From the sequence record NC_055712.1: 64,000 nucleotides of DNA, one strand, 5' to 3'. Origin of the DNA: Escherichia phage phT4A. Positions 35,518 to 45,900 of the stretch are shown here, piece by piece. The notes below the pieces were generated by a model, which ran no database searches, had not been told where the DNA came from, and saw only the letters and a program-made list of their open reading frames with translations. Position 1 is the stretch's first letter, and each line of letters opens with the position of its first letter. Both the position numbers and the translations under genes were made by a program.

Positions 35518-37283
35518 AATTAGGCGGAAATTTACACTCCCCTTTCTTTGATGGGGTGGTTGAAAACGTTGATGATCCGCGCGGGTTGGGCCGTGTTCAA
35601 GTCCGTGTATTTGGACAACACCCAGCCCAAAAACAAAAATCCGATGCAATCGGTGTTCCTGTTGAAGATTTACCCTGGATGATGCCTATTCAGGATATTA
35701 GAAGCGCTGCGATCTCTGGTGTGGGCTTCTCTCCAACTGGTATCACTCGCGGATCCTTTGTTGTTGGTTATTGGCGTGACAAATGGCACCAAGATGGTAT
35801 GATAATTGGTACTGTCGCTGGTGAATATGTCGAACAACCAGACACACAGAAAGGTTTTTGCGATCCTATGGGTGAATACCCTCGCTATGTTGGTAACGAT
35901 GTTAACTCCCTTGCTTTAGGTGGTTTGAAAGGCAAAGGATCATCAAGTGTCATCATTCGTGATTCAAACACAAGCATAGCAGTAAACCCAGACGATCGCC
36001 CACTGGATGAGATACCAGAAGATAACCGCCCTGATACGGGTGGATTTACGATCGAAAAGATGCTCAAGCAGGATGAGGGGATCCGTACACGATGGTATAC
36101 AGACAGTGAAGGATATCCGACAATCGGGATCGGGCATTTGCTTATCCGCGAAAAGACTCGCGACACTGCAAAAATTAACGCTGCGATCAGTAAAGCGGTA
36201 GGTCGAGAAGTAACAAACGGAACAATCACGGCAGAAGAGGTATCAACCTTATTTGCTCAAGATTTAGCCAAAGTAAGATCTGATATTCAGAGAACCGCTA
36301 ACGTCCGTGAAGTGTATGTGAACCTCAACCGTCCTCGTCAAATGGCGATCGAAAACATGTCGTTTCAAATGGGCGTCGGTGGTGTTGCTAAATTCACCAA
36401 TACCCTGAAAGCGATGAAAAATGAAGATTGGCAAGCGGCTTATAATGGTCTTCGAAATTCACTGTGGGCTAGTCAAACTCCAGGCCGTTCTTCTCGCGTG
36501 TCTAAAATAGTCCTCACGGGCAACCTTGAATCATATGGGGTACAAGTACCAGATCCGGAAGGGCGCTCTCTGAGTGCTGCTTACGCTGCGTATAACGGTG
36601 CTACATTGCTGGCGGCTAGTCCGGAAGATCCTTTTACTCCTGGTGATACCCGTGTGATGTTTGAAGAACCAGCATCATCTTATAATGCTGAATATCCGTA
36701 CAATATGGTTTTTGAATCGAGATCCGGACACATTCAGGAATTCGATGATACCCCAGGATACGAACGATATAACCGTGTTCACCCAGCAGGGAGTTACGAA
36801 GAAATTCGCCCGGATGGAACCCGCGTTGTTAAAATCGTAGGGGATGATTATCAAATTGTGATGCAGGGCCGGAAACTCAACGTTAAAGGCAACTTGCAGG
36901 TAGTTATTGAAGGCGACGCATTCATTTACAACATGGGTAACGTTCAACAAACGGTTGATGGTAACGTAACTGAGTTTGTTCGTGGCAACGTTCAACAAAC
37001 GGTTGAAGGTGAGTACGTTGGCCTGATTAAAGGCAATGCTGAACTAACTGTAAACAAAGATGCAACAGTTAACGTTGATCAGAATCTTACCGCAAATGTG
37101 AAACAGAATGCAACCGTGGCTGTAACAGAAGACGCAACGGTCACTGCAAAAAATGCGAAAATTGAGATTGAAGAAACGATGGATATCGGTGCTAAAGATA
37201 TCAATATCAAAGCAACGAATAACACGTTTATTGATTCTGGCGCATTAACAAAAATCACTGGCGGCACCGTCCAAGTGGGGTAA
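35514..37283 (+). CDS. 5: baseplate hub + tail lysozyme gp5
   Basis: OB-fold N-terminus, central T4-lysozyme-like domain (YTDSEGYPTIGIGHLL), C-terminal beta-helix repeats (GNVQQTV...). Confidence 0.92.
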   Translation: MKLGGNLHSPFFDGVVENVDDPRGLGRVQVRVFGQHPAQKQKSDAIGVPVEDLPWMMPIQDIRSAAISGVGFSPTGITRGSFVVGYWRDKWHQDGMIIGTVAGEYVEQPDTQKGFCDPMGEYPRYVGNDVNSLALGGLKGKGSSSVIIRDSNTSIAVNPDDRPLDEIPEDNRPDTGGFTIEKMLKQDEGIRTRWYTDSEGYPTIGIGHLLIREKTRDTAKINAAISKAVGREVTNGTITAEEVSTLFAQDLAKVRSDIQRTANVREVYVNLNRPRQMAIENMSFQMGVGGVAKFTNTLKAMKNEDWQAAYNGLRNSLWASQTPGRSSRVSKIVLTGNLESYGVQVPDPEGRSLSAAYAAYNGATLLAASPEDPFTPGDTRVMFEEPASSYNAEYPYNMVFESRSGHIQEFDDTPGYERYNRVHPAGSYEEIRPDGTRVVKIVGDDYQIVMQGRKLNVKGNLQVVIEGDAFIYNMGNVQQTVDGNVTEFVRGNVQQTVEGEYVGLIKGNAELTVNKDATVNVDQNLTANVKQNATVAVTEDATVTAKNAKIEIEETMDIGAKDINIKATNNTFIDSGALTKITGGTVQVG

Positions 37284-37287
37284 TTAA

Positions 37288-37337
37288 ATGATTATGGATT
37301 ATGAATCAATAATTGATGGAATTATGCAAAATTATCA
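37288..37337 (+). CDS. start of ORF running into assembly gap (may be 5' end of the following large ORF)
   Basis: ATG 37288 with GGGG RBS; MIMDYESIIDGIMQNY then N-run 37338-37437. Confidence 0.3.
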
Positions 37338-37437
37338 NNNNNNNNNNNNNNNNNNNNNNNNNNNNNNNNNNNNNNNNNNNNNNNNNNNNNNNNNNNNNNN
37401 NNNNNNNNNNNNNNNNNNNNNNNNNNNNNNNNNNNNN
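37338..37437. other. assembly gap (100 N)
   Basis: run of exactly 100 n. Confidence 0.99.
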
Positions 37438-38910
37438 TGCAAATATACGGGTATGCAGGTTAACACCAACGCAGATACAAGCATTCCTCCTGTTCCTCCT
37501 GCAATGCCTTCCACTTATGGGGCATTACCGAGTGAATTAATCCGTGCTGATATTTCGTGCATTCCGGCAACTGTTGGTTTCGCATATACAAATATCAGTG
37601 ATGCTATGTTACAGGCATGGAACGAAACCCGTAATACGTTCAAGCTACAGTTTAACATGTTAACGGGTGCTGTACAGAATGGATTCGGGATCGCGACGAT
37701 GTTTGATGGTTTATCCGTATCGATGGAAGAAGTAATGGCGGGGGCGCTCGCATTGTCACAGCAAGCATGGCAAACTGCTATGAAAGTTTTCAGACAAGTG
37801 ATTAGCGCTGCATTTAACATTATCGGTGGTGCATGGGGATTGATTAATCAGTTCTTGCCTCAAGTAACCATCTTAGGTGTTGCGATCAACATTTACGATC
37901 TGGTGTTTGGTGATAATTCTGTTCAGACTTTGAAAGATGCGTTTAATGCAATCATCAAATCCGGACAACAAACATATGAAACCGTCATAAACGCAATATA
38001 CGGGGCCATAGGAAGCGCATACAATTACTCTGTGGAATATGTCAAAGCTGGCGCTCGCGACCTTGTGGATGCGTGTAGCGCGTTATTTGATTGGTGTTTA
38101 ACGATGTTCCAAAACGGTTGCGTTGCATTAATCGACTTATACGGTCGGATCATGCAAACATGGGCTATCCCTCCGGAAGTCCCAAACCCGTTATGGTCTG
38201 CGGTGCTGGCTATCCGTAACATCATGATGCAAATCAAACCACTTGATATAATTCTGGGCGGTAACTTCCCTGGATTCACTGCAATGGATTTGTATCAACA
38301 AGCACAGGAAAAAGTCAAGGCTTTTGTTGATGAGTCATACGAACAGATCCGAGGGCTTTATGAACAGGGGCAGGAACTTTACAAAACGTTAAAAAATCAG
38401 ATTTTCGAACGTGATACAATTCAGAGAAAATTCAACCAGTACTTAAACTGGATGTGGGGCGCTGTAACAGACGAAGCAACAGCGGCTTATCAATCTGCAT
38501 TGGATGCTGCAAACGCTGCTGTAGCTGCAACACAGGCCGCGTATGACGCTATACAGGAACAGATTGGATCTCTACAAGATGCAATGAAAGATACATACAG
38601 CATGGCGATGGAAGAATTAAAGAAATTGCCTTTGATGAGTACAATAAACGAGTTTTTAGGCTTCTGTGGTGTCGCATTTGACGATCTTCTCAAGTCATAT
38701 GAAAATGCGATTACTGGTGCTCAGTCTCTGTACAAAAATTTCATTGATAGTTCTCGCTCGTTTAAAGATCACTGCAAAGTAATCTATAACCAAATTTGTA
38801 CGTTGGCGTTGAGTAAAGTCACACAATATGTGAATAAATTGCTGTCTCTCATAGGATTAGCAATCAACTTTGGTTCGATTAGTGTATGTGTTCCAGTACT
38901 GAAATACTAA
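37438..38910 (+). CDS. large hypothetical Ala/Gln-rich protein between gp5 and gp6 (5' partial)
   Basis: about 490 aa of open frame after gap; no T4 structural homolog recognised. Confidence 0.5.
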   Translation, partial: CKYTGMQVNTNADTSIPPVPPAMPSTYGALPSELIRADISCIPATVGFAYTNISDAMLQAWNETRNTFKLQFNMLTGAVQNGFGIATMFDGLSVSMEEVMAGALALSQQAWQTAMKVFRQVISAAFNIIGGAWGLINQFLPQVTILGVAINIYDLVFGDNSVQTLKDAFNAIIKSGQQTYETVINAIYGAIGSAYNYSVEYVKAGARDLVDACSALFDWCLTMFQNGCVALIDLYGRIMQTWAIPPEVPNPLWSAVLAIRNIMMQIKPLDIILGGNFPGFTAMDLYQQAQEKVKAFVDESYEQIRGLYEQGQELYKTLKNQIFERDTIQRKFNQYLNWMWGAVTDEATAAYQSALDAANAAVAATQAAYDAIQEQIGSLQDAMKDTYSMAMEELKKLPLMSTINEFLGFCGVAFDDLLKSYENAITGAQSLYKNFIDSSRSFKDHCKVIYNQICTLALSKVTQYVNKLLSLIGLAINFGSISVCVPVLKY

Positions 38911-38941
38911 ATAGTCGAATGATCAAGAGGAATTTATAATA

Positions 38942-40867
38942 ATGGCTACTGCTAAGACTAAGACTGTCAAAAAACAGATTAACCAAATCCCCGATATTTT
39001 TATCGGGGGTACTTTCGAAGAAATTAAAACAGATCTGATTGATTGGCTGGGTGGACAAGAAGAGTTTAAGGATTACGATTTTTCCGGCTCGCGAATGAAC
39101 GTACTGATCGACCTTCTGTCGTATGCTACTCTTTATATTCAGCAGATGGGTAACACGGCTCTATTTGAATCGTTTATTCGCACGGCTGCATTGCGTAGTT
39201 CTGTTGTACAGTCTGCTCAAGATCTGGGATATATGCCAGATTCTCGCACGGCTGCAAGCACAGCAGTAATGATTACGGCTGCTAACCCACTGACCCCAAC
39301 ATCGATCCGTATCCCGCGCGGTACAAAATTCATCGGTACTGTAAAGAATACAGACAGTTATTCTTTTGTTGTATCAGATGACGTTGTTATCGTTCGTGAT
39401 AGTAATAACAACTATACATCAATGCTGAACCTGGTGCAAGGCCGTTTAGTTCGTACTGAACTAATTTATGACGGTTCGAGTATCCTGATCCGAGATCCAA
39501 ACATTGACCGTAGTCAGGTACGTTTAACTGTAAACGGCGCACAATGGGAAGACTGGACAAACGAAAGCATTGTAAACGCAACAGGCGCAAGCACGATTTA
39601 CTACATGCGTGAAACTGTTGATGGACATACCGAAGTTTATTTCGGTGAAGGTGAAGCAAGTCAACAAGTGGCGGGTGGTGCATTAACCGCTGAATATATC
39701 GGGGGCTTGAAACCTGCTAATGGATCGACTATCGTTATTGAATACCTGTCAACCGATGGGGAAGCGGCTAACGGTGCAAAAGATTTTATCTATGTCGATA
39801 CATTAACCAATATTAGCATCACTAACATCGAAGAAAACCCGACTAAATCCCCTGATTATGTCGGTGCTGATGGTGGTGGTGATCCAGAAGATATCGAGCG
39901 TATTCGAGAACTGGCCCCTGTTATGCGTGAAACACAACGCCGTTGTGTAACTGCATCGGATTATGAATCTTTCCTGTCTCACAGATTTGGTTCTATCATC
40001 CAGGCGGTACAGTGCTTTACTGATAACGAAAAACCCGGTTATGCTTTCATTTCTGTTAAACCAAAGTCAGGTTTGCGCCTAACATCGGTACAGAAAGAAG
40101 ATATGCAAACGTATCTTTCGAAATATAACCTCGCGACGATCACCCCGTCGATTATGGATCCTAACTATCTGTATATTGTGCAATCTGTAAAAGTAACGTA
40201 TGATATCAGTAAGTTGACGGAATCAGAGGAATGGTTACGCGGTCAGGTTATTTCGTCGATCGACTCTTACTATACTGACAACGTTGAAATTTTCAACAAA
40301 TCTTTCAGTGTATCTAAGATGTTGACTTATGTCGATCAGTCTGATACCTCTATTATCGGTTCGGAAGCAGATATTAAATTGCTCCGTGAAATTGACAACT
40401 ATTACAGCGCCCCTATGTCTGGGATCCATTTCTTGAACCAGGTGGAATCTAAATCAATCATTTCCAGTACATTCAAGTTCACCAACGGAGAAGACGAAAG
40501 TTATGATGTTCGTTATGCTTCTACGGAAATGGATCAGGATGGTAACGCAAAAATTGTAATAGGCCCGTTCAAGGATGGGGATATTTCGATTGCTGCTTAT
40601 ACAGGCGATGACTTTGAAAAATTAACAGATGCAGGAACCCGTAATAAATATTACGAAGTTGGATCGGTTTCTCATTACACCGATTTCATTATCTTTGACC
40701 TGGGCGTTCTGAACGTATCCGCCGATAGTTTCAGCGCTGCTTATATCGAGCTAACCGCAAAGCCTCTCGAAGAAACCATTTTTACTCGCGATGGATCGTT
40801 GATCGTGTTTGAAAATGACCTGCGTCCTCAATACACCACATTGACTATGAATCCTATCAGTCAATAA
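38942..40867 (+). CDS. 6: baseplate wedge protein gp6
   Basis: 641 aa, position and size match T4 gp6. Confidence 0.8.
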   Translation: MATAKTKTVKKQINQIPDIFIGGTFEEIKTDLIDWLGGQEEFKDYDFSGSRMNVLIDLLSYATLYIQQMGNTALFESFIRTAALRSSVVQSAQDLGYMPDSRTAASTAVMITAANPLTPTSIRIPRGTKFIGTVKNTDSYSFVVSDDVVIVRDSNNNYTSMLNLVQGRLVRTELIYDGSSILIRDPNIDRSQVRLTVNGAQWEDWTNESIVNATGASTIYYMRETVDGHTEVYFGEGEASQQVAGGALTAEYIGGLKPANGSTIVIEYLSTDGEAANGAKDFIYVDTLTNISITNIEENPTKSPDYVGADGGGDPEDIERIRELAPVMRETQRRCVTASDYESFLSHRFGSIIQAVQCFTDNEKPGYAFISVKPKSGLRLTSVQKEDMQTYLSKYNLATITPSIMDPNYLYIVQSVKVTYDISKLTESEEWLRGQVISSIDSYYTDNVEIFNKSFSVSKMLTYVDQSDTSIIGSEADIKLLREIDNYYSAPMSGIHFLNQVESKSIISSTFKFTNGEDESYDVRYASTEMDQDGNAKIVIGPFKDGDISIAAYTGDDFEKLTDAGTRNKYYEVGSVSHYTDFIIFDLGVLNVSADSFSAAYIELTAKPLEETIFTRDGSLIVFENDLRPQYTTLTMNPISQ

Positions 40868-40872
40868 TCGTT

Positions 40873-40904
40873 AACCCCTGTCTTCGGATAGGGGTTTTTC
40901 TTTT
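40873..40904 (+). terminator. rho-independent terminator
   Basis: AACCCCT-GTCTTCGGAT-AGGGGTT then T-run. Confidence 0.65.
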
Positions 40905-40912
40905 TATAAATA
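40905..40912 (+). promoter_or_regulatory. late promoter TATAAATA
   Basis: exact TATAAATA 36 nt upstream of gp7 ATG. Confidence 0.6.
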
Positions 40913-40947
40913 CGTGATATACATAACCGCAAATTTGGAGAAATATA

Positions 40948-43900
40948 ATGATTAAAGCGCCTTCGATTACGAGTTTGCGCGTTGATAAGCTGGCTGCTAA
41001 CTTCGTTTACCTTAAATGGGATGATGTTGGCATGGATTTCTATTATGTGGTTGAATTGGCCCGTAGCCGTGATATGGACGGAACTATTATTCCAGACGAA
41101 GAGTTAATCTGGACGCAGTTGGGTTATAGCTACGAAAACGAATGGTTTAGCGATCAGGTTGCCCCAAATACACGTTATAAATTCCGTATTCAAACAACTC
41201 ATGAAGGGTTTGAACCTTCTGATTGGGTGATCAGCGATGAATTATGGACGTTTGATGAGAACGCCTACGCATATACAACCATGCGTGAATTCACCCCTGC
41301 TGATTCGTTTATCAATGAAAAATTCGCCAAAAACAATCGTGATTACGTCGATTTTAACGATGATGTTATTATGGCTTCTCTGATGGTTGAGGATTTTGTA
41401 TACTCTCCCCTGTATTCTGATGTAAGCCAGATCAGCGATAAGATCCTGAAACAAGAAAGCTACCATGAAATTCAAGATCACATCGAACACGTTTGTAATG
41501 ATATAGATCGCACGTTCCTGGTATACTCAAACGGATTGCTTTACCTGTTTGAACGTTTTCAGAATATGGCTAAAGTGTCAAATGACAAAGGCCAAACGTG
41601 GTATTACTACAAAGCATTAAACGATCGTGTAGGCAATCCGGTTTCCCGTACCGTTGCTTATCAGAGCGCTAACACTACGTATGTGTTAGGATACGATCGC
41701 ATATTTTACGGGCGCACGTCAACAGATATTCGTTGGTCTTCTGATGAAGTTCGTTTTTCTGCTGATGATGTAACGTTTGCGAAGCTGGGGAACCAGTCAG
41801 GGTTAGATTTTGATGTTGATTCATACAACACGTATGCGCGTCTACCGGGCGGAGTGTCGAAGTATGCCGAAGCTATAGCTTGTTCTAGTGATTGGCTCTA
41901 CGTGGCTGCTAAGAACGTTATGCGCCGTATTGCGTTACGTAACACACCAATTGATACTGATCCTGGTTCGCCGACCTTTGGTGAACGTATTTTTGATGAA
42001 GTTTCATATACCATCGTACCAGGAAATGATAAAATTGTTGTTAAAAAAATGGACGTGCTAAATGACCGTCTGTACGTTCTGGTAACTGGTGAAGTTAAAA
42101 CGGCGATGATGGATCCGACTGTCAAAGCTAACGTGATCCCATCAAACGATGCTGGCGTTTATCTGTGGGATGAGAATGCAAAGACGTTTACCCGTGTTTA
42201 TGGTAAAACCGAAGATGAACGTTTTTATATCACTCATGAATATACCAATATGTCAACCAATGGCGATGAAGTTTACATTTCTGTTGGTAACTACAAATAT
42301 CCAGGCACTTTGTCAGATCCAGATCTGGTTGAAAAGTATCCGGAAGATGTGCATTCAGCGGTGAAATACGATCTTGTTCCTGGTTATACTGCGAGCATTT
42401 CGATTAACTTTGCTACAGTTCGTGCAAATCAGAACGATCCTACAGTATGGAACTTTGGGCCGCAAGAGTACTACAATGAAGCAAACTTTAGCTGGCATTT
42501 CCGCGATAAGGTTAGCACATGGATCACCAATGATAACCGTCCTCTGGTGGTTTATCCGGAAACCCTGTATACTCTGGTTACTGATAGCGCGTCTCCTGCG
42601 TCAACGATTCGTGTAAACCATGAAGTTTGGGACAAAGGAACAGTTACTATCTACTTGAATAATATCAAGTTTACTGGTTTTACGAAGTACACAAACGGTG
42701 TTCTGTTGTATCGCTCAGGTGGTAGGATAATTGGATTCTATGAACTGTCATACCGCGCAAGGGATGAACTCACTATTTTCTGGAAACCCGATAACACTTT
42801 AATGGTGGCAAGTCTGGTTAATCAGGAACGTGAAAATCCATATACGCCGGATATTGAACCTGGATTAATCGACCCTGATCTGAGTCACATGATCACTCGT
42901 TTTGCTCCGCAAAGCTATCTGGACAACCAACAGTTCGAAAAATTTGGTGAATACTATCTGCAATACATTTCGTTGGGAAGCAACAGTTACTATAACAAAT
43001 TGCTGAACCTCATCCGGAACAAGTATCCGAGAGAGAAAAACAACGTTGAATATTTGTGGTCTGAAATTAACCGCCGTAACATTTACCTGGATAAAACCAA
43101 ACGTGAGGCAGTGGTTAGATTTTTCGAATCACGTGCAAGTGATTTCTATTCAACAAAAGGGATCGAAGCAAGTTATACGTTCCTGTTTAAATTGCTGTAT
43201 AACGAAGATGTTTCCGTTGAGATCGAAAGCTCCAACAGTCTCGAATATGATATTTTGGTTAGTTCAACAAATATCAGTCAGGATATCGTAGGCCGGACGA
43301 TCTATACACCAACTGGACGCGCTAACGTTACATACATCGAACGTGAATATGAAAATGGTCAATTGCGTTGGTCAATGACTCTGCATAATGCTCAAGGTAA
43401 CTTTATCGAAGGACAGGTTGTCAAGTCAGAAAAAACCAATTTCACCGGAATGGTAATTCGTGGTGTTCGCGGTAAACAAATGGCTAACAACTCGATCGAC
43501 TATATCAACCGTGGACGATCTTACTATGTGATGAAAATTCGTTCAAATCTACCGACTTCCCGTTATAAGGATGACGTATTGAGGTTTGTTCATCCGGTAG
43601 GATTCGGCTTTATGGGTATCACGATGTTAACAGTATTCATCAACTCTGGTTTGTCAATGACTCATAACGAGACAATCATTGATATTCTGAGAAACTACCG
43701 TTTCGATAGTGGTTATCCTAAGTTCTGGCCTGATCGCATTGCGAGTATGGACGGTAACGGAAACCAACAATTCGACCTGGTTACTGGTGAACCTCTGTAC
43801 ACCGCACACCCGCGAGCGGGGGAACCTTTTGATGTACCTCCGGAATATGACATTGAAGAAAAACCGCTTAACGGTGTTCTTCCTTCTGCGCGACGGTTCG

Positions 43901-44034
43901 ATCAAAGCCCGTTGTTCGATTGCTCAGGCGTTAAATATTCACAGTTCCGTAATTTGGTGGATAAACGACTGAAAGATGATGCAGGAAACCCACGTGATCC
44001 AAATCCTCCATCACAGATTAAGGTAGGAAATTAA
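40948..44034 (+). CDS. 7: baseplate wedge initiator gp7
   Basis: 1028 aa (T4 gp7 about 1032 aa), position between gp6 and gp8. Confidence 0.8.
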   Translation: MIKAPSITSLRVDKLAANFVYLKWDDVGMDFYYVVELARSRDMDGTIIPDEELIWTQLGYSYENEWFSDQVAPNTRYKFRIQTTHEGFEPSDWVISDELWTFDENAYAYTTMREFTPADSFINEKFAKNNRDYVDFNDDVIMASLMVEDFVYSPLYSDVSQISDKILKQESYHEIQDHIEHVCNDIDRTFLVYSNGLLYLFERFQNMAKVSNDKGQTWYYYKALNDRVGNPVSRTVAYQSANTTYVLGYDRIFYGRTSTDIRWSSDEVRFSADDVTFAKLGNQSGLDFDVDSYNTYARLPGGVSKYAEAIACSSDWLYVAAKNVMRRIALRNTPIDTDPGSPTFGERIFDEVSYTIVPGNDKIVVKKMDVLNDRLYVLVTGEVKTAMMDPTVKANVIPSNDAGVYLWDENAKTFTRVYGKTEDERFYITHEYTNMSTNGDEVYISVGNYKYPGTLSDPDLVEKYPEDVHSAVKYDLVPGYTASISINFATVRANQNDPTVWNFGPQEYYNEANFSWHFRDKVSTWITNDNRPLVVYPETLYTLVTDSASPASTIRVNHEVWDKGTVTIYLNNIKFTGFTKYTNGVLLYRSGGRIIGFYELSYRARDELTIFWKPDNTLMVASLVNQERENPYTPDIEPGLIDPDLSHMITRFAPQSYLDNQQFEKFGEYYLQYISLGSNSYYNKLLNLIRNKYPREKNNVEYLWSEINRRNIYLDKTKREAVVRFFESRASDFYSTKGIEASYTFLFKLLYNEDVSVEIESSNSLEYDILVSSTNISQDIVGRTIYTPTGRANVTYIEREYENGQLRWSMTLHNAQGNFIEGQVVKSEKTNFTGMVIRGVRGKQMANNSIDYINRGRSYYVMKIRSNLPTSRYKDDVLRFVHPVGFGFMGITMLTVFINSGLSMTHNETIIDILRNYRFDSGYPKFWPDRIASMDGNGNQQFDLVTGEPLYTAHPRAGEPFDVPPEYDIEEKPLNGVLPSARRFDQSPLFDCSGVKYSQFRNLVDKRLKDDAGNPRDPNPPSQIKVGN

Positions 44035-45027
44035 ATGGCACAACAAAACTTGTATCGGTCGGTAATTACTGCAAAATTCCGAACCGAAAACTTGATGAAC
44101 TTCAAAGATATGATCGGCGATGCCGCCGATCTAAACACGATTTATATGTCTATTGGGCGAACTGAATCATGGGCGGATAACGAATCCGACCCTAACTTCG
44201 CCCCGCCATATCCAAATGATAGCACCGATGGTGTTAGTGATATGTGGACGCATATGATCGGGGCTACTAAAGTTCCTGGTGATATGATAGATGCAATTTT
44301 ACCACGTAAAGACTGGGGTGATACTCGTTATCCAAACCCGAAAATCTTTTACTTTAACGATATTGTCGTTGTAAACACCGCGCCTTATAACCGTACTGAT
44401 CCGGGTAAAGGTTGGATGGTTTATCGTGTAGTCGATGTTCCTGATATCGGTTCTTGCTCCATTTCGAGCATTACCGGAAAACTTGAATGTATCAGGATCG
44501 GCGGTATCTGGAGTCCGTCTCATGAATCTAGTGAACCTCCACGCGGAGAAGCTAACGGGATCGACATGGGCGACGGTTATAAATGGGAATACCTCTACAC
44601 AATCCCGCCAGATGTCGTGATCAACCGCTGTACAAACGAACATATCGTAGTTCCTTTCCCTGGCGAACTGGAAGAGGATCCGGTACGTTGGGGTTATGAT
44701 AACGTGATTCAATGGTATCCAGGACAATACGATCTAGTGTATCGGTTGAAGGTGAATTCAATGCGTTTTCGTGCATACATGGATTCTCTTTTCTTCCCGC
44801 AATCTACGCTTCCTGGTAACAAAGGGTTCCGTCAGATAAGTATTATTGTAAACCCGTTGATTAAAAAGGCAAGCCCGACCGAACCTGAAAAGAAAGCAAC
44901 TGGTGATTACTATAATGCTAACGCGCTTGAACCTGATTCCGGACGTATGATTTACATGGAAAACAGACAACCTATTATTCGCTCCCTTGATCAGACTGAG
45001 GAAGTGAGTATTGTATTCGAATTCTAA
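44035..45027 (+). CDS. 8: baseplate wedge protein gp8
   Basis: colinear with T4 gp8 (DMWTHMIGATKVPGDM, RKDWGDTRYPNP, GDGYKWEYLYTIPPDV, MIYMENRQPII). Confidence 0.9.
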   Translation: MAQQNLYRSVITAKFRTENLMNFKDMIGDAADLNTIYMSIGRTESWADNESDPNFAPPYPNDSTDGVSDMWTHMIGATKVPGDMIDAILPRKDWGDTRYPNPKIFYFNDIVVVNTAPYNRTDPGKGWMVYRVVDVPDIGSCSISSITGKLECIRIGGIWSPSHESSEPPRGEANGIDMGDGYKWEYLYTIPPDVVINRCTNEHIVVPFPGELEEDPVRWGYDNVIQWYPGQYDLVYRLKVNSMRFRAYMDSLFFPQSTLPGNKGFRQISIIVNPLIKKASPTEPEKKATGDYYNANALEPDSGRMIYMENRQPIIRSLDQTEEVSIVFEF

Positions 45028-45036
45028 GGAAAAACA

Positions 45037-45900
45037 ATGGCTTACCAAACAGCAAAAAAACTAATTGATGTCGGTGAAATCGGCAACCCATCAACAGGCG
45101 ACCCGCTTTATGATGGTGGTGTTAAACTGAACGAAATGATCACCAACGTTTATAATGCGTTTGGTGATGTGCGTATGCTGTCTGCAAACGAAGGTGTCGG
45201 TAACATGGTGATCCATGCTACCGGATACTATCAGAAACTACCACGCACTTACTATTCAAGCACACCGATCGAACTGGGTTCCTTGCATGACATGGATACT
45301 TCAACAGGTTCGATTACCGTTGTTCTTCCTTCTGGTAAGGTTGGAGAAGGTTGCTACTTCATAAATAGTACGGGTAGTGTCTCTGTTGATCGTCCTATCG
45401 CGTTTCGTCCTCAAGTTGGCGATACTATCGCGGGGGTTGCAGACCAGTTGTATATCACGTCACCTTACACCTTTGTAAAAATCTGGTGTACCAAAAAAGA
45501 AGGTGCGGTAACAACATGGGATTATTCTGTAGAATCTATGTTCGGTTCTAAAACGATGCCTGTTGACACTACGGCGCTTGTACTGAAAGCAAACCCGACT
45601 GCTATTCCTATGTTCGGATATAGCGAATTTAGCGGGGCTAAGGTGCTCGTATACGCAGAAAACGTAGCTGGTACAGTTACCAAAATGGCAGAAGTTTTAA
45701 TGACCGTGGATCGTGTAAACAAAACGATTTATTCAACGGAATACGCTATTTTGAAAAACAGTGAAGATGAAATGTTTACATTAAACTTTACTGTCGGTGC
45801 TGGTGATGTCGTATACGCTAACGTGCAAGCGATCAAAGAAGATCGAATTAAATTCACGATTAAAGCAATCGATACGATTAAATCAGGGATCGCGTCATGA
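45037..45900 (+). CDS. 9: baseplate wedge / long tail fibre attachment protein gp9
   Basis: 287 aa, synteny. Confidence 0.75.
   Translation: MAYQTAKKLIDVGEIGNPSTGDPLYDGGVKLNEMITNVYNAFGDVRMLSANEGVGNMVIHATGYYQKLPRTYYSSTPIELGSLHDMDTSTGSITVVLPSGKVGEGCYFINSTGSVSVDRPIAFRPQVGDTIAGVADQLYITSPYTFVKIWCTKKEGAVTTWDYSVESMFGSKTMPVDTTALVLKANPTAIPMFGYSEFSGAKVLVYAENVAGTVTKMAEVLMTVDRVNKTIYSTEYAILKNSEDEMFTLNFTVGAGDVVYANVQAIKEDRIKFTIKAIDTIKSGIAS

Noticed and set aside
35885-36229. Antisense ORFs inside long structural genes (for example 35885-36229 in gp5, 39387-39683 in gp6, 44299-44727 in gp8, 57346-57591 in gp18, 33178-33675 opposite the IP-like gene)
   Set aside because: They lie wholly within well-supported genes on the opposite strand and have no start context; typical six-frame noise.
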